A stretch of 64,000 nucleotides of DNA from Macrostomum hystrix (lineage: Eukaryota > Animalia > Platyhelminthes), in the NCBI GenBank assembly GCA_950097015.1, contig CATNEN010000034.1:6200001-6264000 (forward strand), read 5' to 3'. A program made the translations under genes and the position numbers. Positions 37,520 to 49,517 of this stretch are shown here, piece by piece (positions within the stretch are counted from its first letter, which is position 1; each line of letters opens with the position of its first letter). Under the pieces are notes generated by a model, which saw only the letters and a program-made list of their open reading frames with translations, did not search any database and had not been told where the DNA came from.

Positions 37520-38665
37520 TTCATTCATTCATTCATTAATCCATTCATTCATTCATTCGTTCGTTCATTCATTCACTCATTCACTCATTCACTCATTCAT
37601 TCATTCATTCACTCATTCACTCATTCACTCATTCACTCATTCATTCATTCATTCACTCATTCACTCATTCACTCATTCATTTATTCACTCATTCACTCAT
37701 TCACTCATTCATTCATTCATTCATTTTTTCATTCACTCATTCACTCATTCACTCATTCATTTATTCACTCATTCACTCATTCACTCATTCATTCATTCAT
37801 TCATTTTTTCATTCACTCATTCACTCATTCACTCATTCACTCATTCACTAATTCACTCATTCATTCACTCATTCACTCATTCACTCATTCACTCATTCAC
37901 TCATTCATTCATTCACTCATTCACTCATTCACTCATTCATTCATTCATTCATTTATTCATTCACTCATATATTCATTCACTCATTAGTTCATTCACTCAT
38001 TCGTTCATTCATTCATTCATTCACTCATTCACTCATTCACTCATTCACTCATTCACTCATTCATTCATTCATTCATTCATTCATTCATTTATTCATTCAC
38101 TCATTTATTAATTCACTCATTCGTTCATTCACTCATTCGTTCATTCATTCATTCACTCGTTCATTCATTCATTCGTTCATTCATTCATTCGTTCACTCAT
38201 TCGTTCATTCATTCACTCATTCACTCATTCACTCATTCATTCATTCATTCATTTATTCATTCACTCATTTATTAATTCACTCATTCGTTCATTCACTCAT
38301 TCGTTCATTCATTCATTCACTCGTTCATTCATTCATTCGTTCATTCATTCATTCGTTCACTCATTCGTTCATTCATTCACTCATTCACTCATTCACTCAT
38401 TCATTCATTCATTCATTTATTCATTCACTCATTTATTCATTCACTCATTCGTTCATTCACTCATTCGTTCATTCATTCATTCACTCGTTCATTCATTCAT
38501 TCGTTCATTCATTCATTCGTTCACTCATTCGTTCATTCATTCACTCATTCACTCATTCACTCATTCATTCATTCATTCATTTATTCATTCACTCATTTAT
38601 TCATTCACTCATTCGTTCATTCACTCATTCGTTCATTCATTCATTCCTTCATTTATTCATTCACA
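37520..38665. repeat. Compound (TTCA/CTCA/TTCG)n microsatellite
   Basis: Tetranucleotide periodicity; source of the FIHS-rich ORFs. Confidence 0.95.
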
Positions 38666-38982
38666 CCACTATCGGGCTCTTACTTGCATATTTTACGTGT
38701 GCAAACATAAATTGCTCAAATAATTTGCTCACTGTCTAAGTTGCGCCACATCCGTTTTTTCTCCCAATCGTCAATTTTTTGGGAGCTGGCATGTCAGCAA
38801 AGTCTGTGAGAATATTTCTATTAGACTGTAATATAGTTTGGTCACGTTAAAAGGCACCATCGTGCAAAAATCACATTGACCGCATTCTGCGTCTAAAGCT
38901 AAATTGTTTGATTGACGGACGGAAGACAAATATTTGGCTTGTTCTGCGAAAGATAATAACATTTTCAAAGCAAATCAAAATC

Positions 38983-38983
<1 letters not shown>

Positions 38984-39017
<34 letters not shown>

Positions 39018-39312
39018 AATATATCTATCTATCCATCTATCTATCTATCTATCCATCTATCTATCTATCCATCCATCTATCTATCTATCCATCTAGCTAT
39101 CTATCTATCCATCTATCTATCCATCTATCTATCTATCTATCTATCCATCTATCTATCTATCTATCCATCTATCCATCTATTTATCTATCCATCTTTCTAT
39201 CCATCTATCTATCCATCTATCTATCCATCTATCTATCCATCTATCTATCCATCTATCCATCTATCTATCTATCCATCTTTCTATCCATCTATCTATCAAT
39301 ATATCTATCTAA
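38984..39312. repeat. (TCTA/TCCA)n microsatellite
   Basis: Tetranucleotide periodicity; source of the IYLS-rich ORFs. Confidence 0.95.
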
Positions 39313-39548
39313 TATTTATTCTCCTGTACTTCAATCCAAGGCCGGCAGGTGCATCAATGCTTATTTAGAACACTCACATAATGTTAAGAGTGACACTGCA
39401 AGCCAGTCTATACCACATGTGCCAACCACAGTAGCTAAAACTTTTGAAAACAGATTTTAACCTTGTTCTAAATAATGCTTCACCTGCACTCTGTGTCCAA
39501 GATATCGTAAGCGACTCATCTTCATCCGGGCCCGTAGGCGAGTCTTAC

Positions 39549-39549
39549 A

Positions 39550-39590
<41 letters not shown>
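39549..39590. repeat. (AC)n microsatellite
   Basis: About 21 AC units. Confidence 0.95.
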
Positions 39591-39592
<2 letters not shown>

Positions 39593-40074
39593 CCCTTCTC
39601 AGAACATGAGTCGGCCTCAGACTAATCATTCTATGCGGGCGCGTGCCCCCGTGCACGAGTTGCGAGTCCGCCTGCGCAACCGTCCTCACTTCTTATCCCA
39701 ATACATTTTTAGGCAGGAAAATAAAGATGATTTTTCATAAACCGATCCCACCGAAGCCCCATTCCATTGTCCCGGCACCTTACGCAACGGCCCTTACACC
39801 GCTATAATGGGCAGCCGCGCCTTCCTACTCGTGTGCCGTAGGGATTCCGATCCCCAAACGATTGCGCATTCGCTCCCAGGCCTCCCTTTTCCAATCGCTG
39901 TTTAAGTTCTCATTTTTGCCCCACGCCCACCGCCTGTCCTGTCAATAATTGGGGATCGGAAAAATTGAAGCTTAATGTCTGATTTTTGTAAGACTGCTTC
40001 GGCTTGAATTTCAGCTCAATTCTGCCATCAAATATCCAAATGAGTTGCATCACGGAGCCCCTGAACTGTCTGTT

Positions 40075-40500
40075 TTATTCATTCATTCATTCATTCATTC
40101 ATTCATTCGTTCATTCATTCATTCATTCGTTCATTCATGCATTCATTCGTTCATTCATTCAACCATTCACTCGTTCATTCATTCATTCGTTCATTCATTC
40201 GTTCATTCATTCATTCACTCGTTCATTCATTCATTCGTTCATTCATTCATTCGTTCATTCATTCGTTCATTCATTCATTCATTCGTTCATTCAATTACTC
40301 GTTCATTCATTCATTCGTTCATTCATTCGTTCATTCATTCATTCATTCGTTCATTCAATTACTCGTTCATTCATTCATCCGTTCATTCATTCGTTCATTC
40401 ATTCATTCATTCGTTCATTCAATTACTCGTTCATTCATTCATTCGTTCATTCATTCGTTCATTCATTCATTCATTCACCCACTCACTCATTCACTCATTT
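40075..40500. repeat. (TTCA/TTCG)n microsatellite
   Basis: Tetranucleotide periodicity. Confidence 0.95.
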
Positions 40501-41174
40501 GTTAATTAACGTATTTGATTCATAATTCCTGGCAAGTTGGAACCAATTTCTCGGAGGTGTGACTATTCGGCCAGGAGCGGCCTGTCCTCAATTTCTTCTG
40601 AGACTGAGGGGCTCACCATTTGAAATTGCCGCCCGCTTGCTTATCAGTTTATGGATTCCTAATTGACTTGCTGTCAAACTGTTTCATTTCCTTATTTCAT
40701 TCTGGCTATAGCAGCAAAAAGAACCGGACACGCATCCAACAAGTGATGGGTCCCCAATCTCTTTCATTCCCAAACTGTCTCTCTAGAAACCATTTGATTC
40801 TCCCTGATCCTAATCCCTGATTCGCGTCGCTAACACTCGCTTCCTCTTTATCTGACCCATTCCGCTTCTGGCAAAACTCTTTCTTCTATCAGGAAATCCG
40901 TCTCGTTTCTAGACAGCTTTTTATCCGACTAAATTGGCTCGCCTGTTTTCCGCAATCATTTTTCCCAATCAAACAGCTGAAATTATTGAGCTGCTGCCAA
41001 CCAGCTTTGCCTCTTGCCCCACTTCTCTCCAACAGTTTCGGTAAAGTTTCATTCTGCCACTCAGTTTCGAAGCTAGTTTCCCATTTATATGATCGTCTCT
41101 GACATCTCCGCTAGCTTCTCCGCAATGAGAACTTTGCTGATCGGATGAATTCATTGATGCATTTGAAATTTCGA

Positions 41175-42755
41175 TGGAGTGAAATTTACAGAAGTTTCAG
41201 TAGAGTGAAGTTTCAGTAGAGTGAAGTTTCAGTAGAGTGAAGTTTCTGTAGAGTGAAGTTTCAGTGGAGTGAAGTTTCTGTAGAGTGAAGTTTCAGTGGA
41301 GTGAAGTTTCTGTAGAGTGAAGTTTCTGTAGAGTGAAGTTTCTGTAGAGTGAAGTTTCTGTAGAGTGAAGTTTCAGTGGAGTGAAGTTTCAGTAGAGTGA
41401 AGTTTCTGTAGAGTGAAGTTTCAGTAGAGTGAAGTTTCAGTGGAGTGAAGTTTCTGTAGAGTGAAGTTTCAGTGGAGTGAAGTTTCAGTGGAGTGAAGTT
41501 TCTGTAGAGTGAAGTTTCTGTAGAGTGAAGTTTCTGTAGAGTGAAGTTTCTGTAGAGTGAAGTTTCTGTAGAGTGAAGTTTCTGTAGAGTGAAGTTTCAG
41601 TGGAGTGAAGTTTCTGTAGAGTGAAGTTTCAGTGGAGTGAAGTTTCAGTGGAGTGAAGTTTCAGTGGAGTGAAGTTTCTGTAGAGTGAAGTTTCAGTGGA
41701 GTGAAGTTTCAGTGGAGTGAAGTTTCTGTAGAGTGAAGTTTCTGTAGAGTGAAGTTTCAGTGGAGTGAAGTTTCTGTAGAGTGAAGTTTCTGTAGAGTGA
41801 AGTTTCAGTAGAGTGAAGTTTCAGTGGAGTGAAGTTTCAGTAGAGTGAAGTTTCTGTAGAGTGAAGTTTCAGTAGAGTGAAGTTTCAGTGGAGTGAAGTT
41901 TCTGTAGAGTGAAGTTTCAGTGGAGTGAAGTTTCAGTGGAGTGAAGTTTCTGTAGAGTGAAGTTTCTGTAGAGTGAAGTTTCTGTAGAGTGAAGTTTCTG
42001 TAGAGTGAAGTTTCTGTGGAGTGAAGTTTCAGTAGAGTGAAATTTCTGTAGAGTGAAGTTTCTGTAGAGTGAAGTTTCTGTAGAGTGAAGTTTCTGTAGA
42101 GTGAAGTTTCTGTAGAGTGAAGTTTCAGTGGAGTGAAGTTTTTGTAGAGTGAAGTTTCAGTGGAGTGAAGTTTCTGTAGAGTGAAGTTTTTGTAGAGTGA
42201 AGTTTCTGTAGAGTGAAGTTTCTGTAGAGTGAAGTTTTTGTAGAGTGAAGTTTCTGTAGAGTGAAATTTCTGTAGAGTGAAGTTTCTGTAGAGTGAAGTT
42301 TCTGTAGAGTGAAGTTTCAGTGGAGTGAAGTTTCAGTGGAGTGAAGTTTCTGTAGAGTGAAGTTTCTGTAGAGTGAAGTTTCTGTAGAGTGAAGTTTCTG
42401 TAGAGTGAAGTTTCTGTAGAGTGAAGTTTCAGTGGAGTGAAGTTTCAGTGGAGTGAAGTTTCTGTAGAGTGAAGTTTCAGTGGAGTGAAGTTTCAGTGGA
42501 GTGAAGTTTCAGTGGAGTGAAGTTTCTGTAGAGTGAAGTTTCTGTGGAGTGAAGTTTCAGTAGAGTGAAATTTCTGTAGAGTGAAGTTTCTGTAGAGTGA
42601 AGTTTCTGTAGAGTGAAGTTTCTGTAGAGTGAAGTTTTTGTAGAGTGAAGTTTCAGTGGAGTGAAGTTTCTGTAGAGTGAAGTTTCAGTGGAGTGAAGTT
42701 TCAGTGGAGTGAAGTTTTTGTAGAGTGAAGTTTCAGTGGAGTGAAGTTTCTGTAG
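41175..42755. repeat. Minisatellite, 16-bp unit TAGAGTGAAGTTTCTG with interspersed variants, ~98 copies
   Basis: CTGTA, CAGTG and CAGTA variant units are interspersed through the array. Confidence 0.95.
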
Positions 42756-44539
42756 CAAAAATTTTCGGTGAAGTGAGATTTCATTCAACATTAACATTTT
42801 CATTTGTTCACTTTAAGCGCCTTTGCATACACTCCGCTCCGTTCATATTTTCTCGCCTAGCTTTGTTTTCAAGCTTTTTGTAATATTTTTTTTACTCGTA
42901 ATTTGATGTCTCTATTGCCAAGCAAAAAAAGTGAAATTGTTTTACTACAGCTTATAACTGTCTCTGTTTCTAATCATCAATCAGACCTTAATTTTCTCGA
43001 CTACCACAGCCGAGTCTAATTATTTTTTAGCAAAAAAAGATTATGACGCAATCACCGCCAAGATAATTGCAGAGACAGACTGTACCTGTTACGCCAGTAA
43101 TATTGGTAAAGTATTCGATTTCTATCGTGAAGGTGCGCCTGTGTATTGAAATTATTGGCCTATTTTCAGTTGAAAAGTAATTTGATCGGAAGAAATAGTA
43201 GATTCTATTTATAAAAACAACATTTATTAAATTAAATCAATATGTGAAGAAGATTAGGAATTAAAATCCCAAATCCCATTCCAGCCACCTCCCTTGTTAA
43301 AACAAACAATTTCATCTGCAGCAGCAAATTGTCGGCAATTGTATCAAAAAGAAATTAGTTTTTAAATTATCAGAAGTCAAAATCAACAACAGGTGTTAAA
43401 GTGCTGCAGCACTTGACGCTTCCAAGACTTTCCACTTAAAGATCAGCCACTTGACTTGGAGGCAGGGAGAATGCGTCACGGTGCTGTTTTGACGCGCTGT
43501 TGTTCGCCTTCAGTAGATGCTTCCGCTCTCCAGAGTCCGTAGACGGCCAGTTCAAATGCTAAACGATGATGCAACCAGTCAACAGCGGGGGAGGCCCTTC
43601 TGTTGTGTATTTTTCCTCCCATCTGACATCTGCAAAGTTTCGCCAAAAATGTTTCTCTCTCCTTTGGCTTCCTCCGATGCCGCGCACGGTTCAAAGATTT
43701 GAGATTGTCGGTCTAGATTTTGAGTTCTGGTAGACAAGATTCGACACATTTATGACCAGGTTTCTAGACCCGCTAACTAAGCAGTGTTGTTCTACTTCCT
43801 GGCATTTTATTGTCCATCCACTAGGCTGCTATATTTCTTATGGCTCTGAACTGCTATTTGGCTCCCACACTGCCAATTGCGCAATTTATACCTGATTTGA
43901 TTGAAGACCCGAATACACATGTTTCTATTCCCAAACGGGAGCATTTTTTTACAACCCCGCACTTAATCCCCAAAGCGTTTTTCTCCAGCAATTAAAAGCA
44001 CTCTAGAAAACGAATCCGGACTCAAAGAGAATATTACTCGATCCTAACCCTTACTATCCAGTGCCGCAACTTGATGGCTGCTTTGGGACCAGCAATACGC
44101 GTCCAGTGGTGGGGATGTACAAAACACAAAATTCAGCTTCGCACTTAAAAATGTGTTTTAATTGCAACTATTTGGAAGCGATTCAAGCTGCAATCAATTA
44201 TGAAAGAAGGCGTCGATTTCCTCAGCTGAAGAACTTTTAAACTCGCATTTAGTCAAGTCTACAATTCGCAAAGTAAAGTCTTTGAAAAGGAGCATTTTTA
44301 TCATATCTTATCAGCAAATTAGGAAGCAACCGTGTCTGCGCGATTTCGGTTGAAAATGTCTAAAGCTGCCTATTTGATAAAAGGAAGAACAAACAAGAAT
44401 ACCTTTATATGCTTTGTGAGGCTTATCAATATTGCACTTGCATAGCTTTTGTTTGGGAAAGATTAAATATTTTTCTCGCAATTGAGTAGGTGAAATTAAA
44501 TAAATGCGGGTGGGATTCTGCATGAGCAGTGACAAAGAT

Positions 44540-45345
44540 TTGAGAGTCATGTGAAAGATTTGAGAGCCGTGAGAAAGATTTGAGAGCCGTGAGAAAGATT
44601 TGAGAGCAGTGAGAAAGATCTGAGATTCATGTGAAAGATTTGAGAGTCATGTGAAAGATTTGAGAGTCATGTGAAAGATTTGAGGGTCATGTGAAAGATT
44701 TGAGGGTCATGTGAAAGATTTGAGGGTCATGTGAAAGATCTGAGAGTCATGTGAAACATTTGAGAGTCATGAGAAAGATTTGAGAGTCATGAGAAAGATC
44801 TGAGAGTCATGTGAAACATTTGAGAGTCATGAGAAAGATTTGAGAGCCGTGAGAAAGATTTGAGAGCCGTGAGAAAGATTTGAGAGCCGTGAGAAAGATT
44901 TGAGAGCCGTGAGAAAGATTTGAGAGCAGTGAGAAAGATTTGAGAGTCATGAGAAAGATCTGAGAGTCATGTGAAAGATTTGAGAGTCATGAGAAAGATC
45001 TGAGAGTCATGTGAAAGATTTGAGAGTCATGAGAAAGATCTGAGAGTCATGTGAAAGATTTGAGAGTCATGAGAAAGATCTGAGAGTCATGTGAAAGATT
45101 TGAGAGTCATGTGAAAGATTTGAGAGTCATGAGAAAGATCTGAGAGTCATGAGAAAGATTTGAGAGCCGTGAGAAAGGTTTGAGAGCCGTGAGAAAGATT
45201 TGAGAGCAGTGAGAAAGATTTGAAAGTCATGAGAAAGATCTGAGAGTCATGTGAAAGATTTGAGAGTCAAGTGAAAGATTTGAGAGCCATGAGAAAGATT
45301 TGAGAGCCATGAGAAAGATTTGAGAGCCGTGAGAAAGATTTAAGA
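44540..45345. repeat. Minisatellite, 20-bp unit GAGAGTCATGTGAAAGATTT, ~40 copies
   Basis: Tandem array with variant blocks (GCCGTGAG). Confidence 0.95.
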
Positions 45346-46244
45346 ACCGTGAGAAAGACATAAGTGCGAGAAATACATGAGTATGAGAAATGCATGAGAG
45401 CATGAAAAATTTTTGAGATGGTGAAAAGCTGGTTAGAGTATATAACAAAGATATGATGCTTCGCTTGGTTAACATGCATGAGTTCCAACGGACTGTCTGT
45501 ATCGATACAAACATGGTTAAAAGCAAACACTGTTTCTCACCCTAATATGATTGATATCCTAGTTCCCGCATGACTGCCAAAGTCCGTTAAAATCAAATTC
45601 ATAAAGTATAGAATGGTCACCAAAATGATTGTGTGACGCGACTCGCTGTGACCGTGTTGCAACTATCAGGATAGGAGAGTTAGATCGGTCTAGCCCCCAC
45701 AATCTAGCGGACACCTGCTTCCTATATTCTTCGTTGAAGCTCTTATCAGATGCCAACAAGCTGAAGTCAAAGCCAACAGCTACAATCGGGCGCTTGGAAA
45801 AATTGCATAATAAGTGGTCATTGTATATAAACATTCTGCTAAAGACTTCTCGCGAAGGCTGTATATATATAGATTAAAGCAAGCGCTGCCAACAAAGACT
45901 TTGCCCCACCCCATCTTTAGTTGGTTGGGCACAGATTTTGTTAAATGTCGTCAAAACATTTCTGTCCATCTTTTCTCTGTATCGCTTGTATATTGGGACA
46001 TTCTTATAGGCGGCGGTGAGGTGGGTGTCAAGGTTTTCCGCTCCCGACGGCGGTAAATCATAATTCGGAGGCCCATTGTGGTTGCATCATCAAGTTTTCT
46101 GCGGTCAAATTTTGCCGACTAAACTAAAAAAAATCTCGCCTTAACGATCTAAAAATAAGCTTTAGCATTCTAAGGCCGTAGAGAATGTATGTGAACACTG
46201 CATGTCATATTCAACTCCTAATTGATTGCCTTTATTTAAACCTA

Positions 46245-46460
46245 AACGAGGGATTGAGTAGAGCGGTCTAACGCCATCGTTAGAATTTACGCCATCGAGG
46301 GCCAACCTCCAAGGCGCGGTGAGATTGTACACTGCCTGACGATGAGAAATTCAACAGAATAATTATGTAGTCAGCGGAGTCAGCGGAATTCCTCGACGCC
46401 TGCAGGTCTACCGGATGTGTCATCAGTGCCCGTCAGCGCTCCTGCAACTGTTGAAGAAGA
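46245..46460 (+). mobile_element. SINE family B copy
   Basis: AATTTACGCCATCGAGGGCCAACCTCC...CTGACGATGAGAAA...GGAGTCAGCG...CCTGCAACT matches the other family B copies. Confidence 0.65.
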
Positions 46461-46484
46461 GTAATAGTACTGATAATAATAGTA

Positions 46485-46710
46485 GTAGCTACAATGATTG
46501 ATAAAACCTGCAACAATCAGGCCAGATGTGCGGCCGAAAAGCATGGACAGGACCCTAAATCAGCCCATTTAACTAATCGGTAACCACATAACAACCATCA
46601 AACTGTAGGAAAGCAGAGCTAAATATCTTGCTAAAGGATACACATTGTTCTAGTGCTACGCGGAGTCGGGAATCGAACCTCCGACCTTTTTTAATCGTGA
46701 ATCCGATGAG
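46485..46710 (-). mobile_element. SINE family A, diverged copy, tail-to-tail with the family B copy
   Basis: Reverse complement has AAGGTCGGAGGTTCGATTCCCGACTCC, CCTTTAGCAAGATATTTAGCTCTG and the tail CGGCCGCACATCTGGCC...GCAGG...ATCAAT. Confidence 0.7.
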
Positions 46711-47714
46711 TTGCAAATATAAATATAAAAAAATGCTCATTATTTGACGCTCCCGCTGACAAATTCGCCCCATTACCTCCCCCAAGTCCTGTATGAATTC
46801 TCACAAGAATCGGCACATGTCCTGGTAGAGCATTGCGTCACCTCAGCATCCTCGCAATGATGTCAGAAGCTTCTTTGCCTCATCCACCGCCCCTGTCATT
46901 TTGCCAGCCGGGAAGCCAATGCTCAAACTGGGAGGTCTTTGTTTCGAATTAAATTTATAGTGAGCGTGCGCACTGTTTTCGAAGAAAAGTCTTGATTAAA
47001 AACTCACGCGGAACCTCCCACCGCCATCACCCAGGTGTCTCAACTGGTCGGCCTTCCGTCCCGCAGACTCCCCGCGGTTCGCAGGGTCAAAGGGAGATGT
47101 TGTACAATCCAATTGTCTCAAAGCACATCCGCATCGAGTCGAATATTGACAACTAAAAATTTTTGTCGGATAAAATTATTCGAGTTGCTAGCCTCAGATT
47201 TTTCAGACTTACTAATCACGCTGGATGCGTGCCTCATGCTCATGCTCCCTCAAATTAAGCAGCCCATTGGTCGCCGGGTAGCCACCTGTCTCCGCCTAGG
47301 TATAGTTTGTGAGGCTTGCGCAATGCGCTAAAGTTTATGCATCATCAAAAAATTACGTCTTCACCGCAGTTTAAAAGATGATTCTTCCGCACCGTCATTA
47401 GAACTGACAGAAGCAGTTTCTCATGTTTTGCTGAGTGCAGGTGTTTCTGAATACTCGCGATGGCTGCTCGCAACCTCAAGGATTGAAGGTATAGACAAAC
47501 TAGACACTCTTTAGAGGAGAGAGAAACTAATGAGAATTGAAGCGAGTGTCTAATCTCCGAGTGGTAGACACTCTCGGGTCAGAGTGGTGTTTGAGATTGA
47601 ATAACGGCTCTCAAATTTGGGAATTGTAGATATTGTTTGGATTTTAGGAACAATGCTTGTGCGCTTTTTGATTGACAGAAAGTGATACGATAGTGAAAAT
47701 ATCCACGAGAGTGA

Positions 47715-48410
47715 GAGTGAGGGGTCAGAGTTCGGGGACTGAGGGGGTCAGAGTTCGGGGACTGAGGGGGTCAGAGTTCGGGGACTGAGGGGGTCAGAGT
47801 TCGGGGACTGAGGGGGTCAGAGTTCGGGGACTGAGGGGGTCAGAGTTCGGGGACTGAGGGGGTCAGAGTTCGGGGACTGAGGGGGTCAGAGTTCGGGGAC
47901 TGAGGGGGTCAGAGTTCGGGGACTGAGGGGGTCAGAGTTCGGGGGCTGAGGGGGTCAGAGTTCGGGGATTGAGGGGGTCAGAGTTCGGGGACTGAGGGGG
48001 TCAGAGTTCGGGGACTGAGGGGGTCAGAGTTCGGGGACTGAGGGGGTCAGAGTTCGGGGACTGAGGGGGTCAGAGTTCGGGGACTGAGGGGGTCAGAGTT
48101 CGGGGATTGAGGGGGTCAGAGTTCGGGGACTGAGGGGGTCAGAGTTCGGGGACTGAGGGGGTCAGAGTTCGGGGACTGAGGGGGTCAGAGTTCGGGGACT
48201 GAGGGGGTCAGAGTTCGGGGACTGAGGGGGTCAGAGTTCGGGGACTGAGGGGGTCAGAGTAAGGGGACTGAGGGGGTCAGAGTAAGGGGACTGAGGAGGT
48301 CAGAGTTCGGGGGCTGAGGGGGTCAGAGTTCGGGGATTGAGGGGGTCAGAGTTCGGGGACTGAGGGGGTCAGAGTTCGGGGACTGAGGGGGTCAGAGTTG
48401 GGGACTGAGC
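47715..48410. repeat. G-rich minisatellite, 23-bp unit ACTGAGGGGGTCAGAGTTCGGGG, ~30 copies
   Basis: Near-perfect tandem array with one G5 and one G4 tract per unit. Confidence 0.95.
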
Positions 48411-48759
48411 TGGTAAAAGTTTGTTGTCAGAGGCGGTTAGAGTCTTTTGACGGCTACTGAAAAAGTGTCGCATTTTAAACATGCGATTTTTTATTTAAAA
48501 AAGCAACAAACATTTTTTCGCCGAACGGGATCTTTTTTTCCCGATTCAACAAAAATTCTTCCCAGTTCGTCTTTTTCCCTCTTCCAATCCCGACCGAGTT
48601 AGGAGTTGCGCAATGCTCCCAGTGGCTGAGGAAGAAACGCCGGCTCCGCAGAGGATTGGCCCGCACTTGGGCGAAATTCTGGGGGGATCTTTCTCCCCTC
48701 TGGGAAAAAATCCCACAGACACGGGTAGCTTTGGTTTCTTTCTCTACGTCATCCAGGCC

Positions 48760-49504
48760 CTAGCCAATGACCGCTGTCGGTCAGCGCGATGCTTTTTCCA
48801 AGCATGTTTAGCCAGCAAAAATTTATGCGCAATGTCTTTTAGTTGCATCATCGCCCGACCCCTCCGCCCCGAGGCTGCGGTCAGCCAATGCGAATCAGAA
48901 AGCCGGGCCAGCGTGACTTGAAGCCACTGACGCGCCACCCCACCCACCCACCCCACTCTGCCGGCCAGCCATATCATCCTGCACACTGGCGATTAGAAAA
49001 ACTGACCAGAGAACGGAAGCTGCACGGACGAAGCTATAGAGCAGAATTAAAAAGTAATAAAGATTGGACACTGACTGAAATCTGAAGCCGTCACAAGGCC
49101 GACTTTGTTCAAGTTGCGTCAGATAGTCGCTTTTTATTGCAGAAAGACTTCACTCAGCAGCTCTGCTCTCTACGCCTGATTTCATATTGAAGTCTTTGTT
49201 CCGCTTACTCATTGATTGCGGAGGACCAGTGGTGAGTTCATTTTTCATTAATTGTGATATTTATAACGCTATATAGCGTTAAGGAGAGAGACAGGGTGAG
49301 AAGGAGAGAGACAGGGTGAGAAGGAGAGAGACAGGGTGAGAAGGAGAGAGACAGGGTGAGAAGGAGAGAGACAGGGTGAGAAGGAGAGAGACAGGGTGAG
49401 AAGGAGAGAGACAGGGTGAGAAGGAGAGAGCAGGGTGAGAAGGAGAGAGCAGGGTGAGAAGGAGAGACGGTGTAAGTGCTAAAAGCGGCCCTCTCAAACT
49501 GCAG
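48760..49504 (+). promoter_or_regulatory. Putative hunchback promoter and 5'-UTR intron
   Basis: Two AGCCAAT boxes (~48764, ~48883) and CCACCCCACCC GC/KLF-type boxes (~48925-48955); GTGAGT donor at 49232; CTGCAG acceptor ending 49504, 13 nt before the ATG. Confidence 0.45.
49280..49470. repeat. Minisatellite, 20-bp unit AAGGAGAGAGACAGGGTGAG, ~9 copies
   Basis: Tandem purine-rich array in the putative 5'-UTR intron. Confidence 0.9.
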
Positions 49505-49517
49505 CTGCGGCATCAGA

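Noticed and set aside
37499-42803. FIHS-, IYLS- and TETSLY-repeat ORFs
   Set aside because: Stop-free frames of microsatellites and minisatellites.
45559-45834. GDHSILYEF resembling the end of a LINE endonuclease domain
   Set aside because: Single weak motif with no RT frame downstream.
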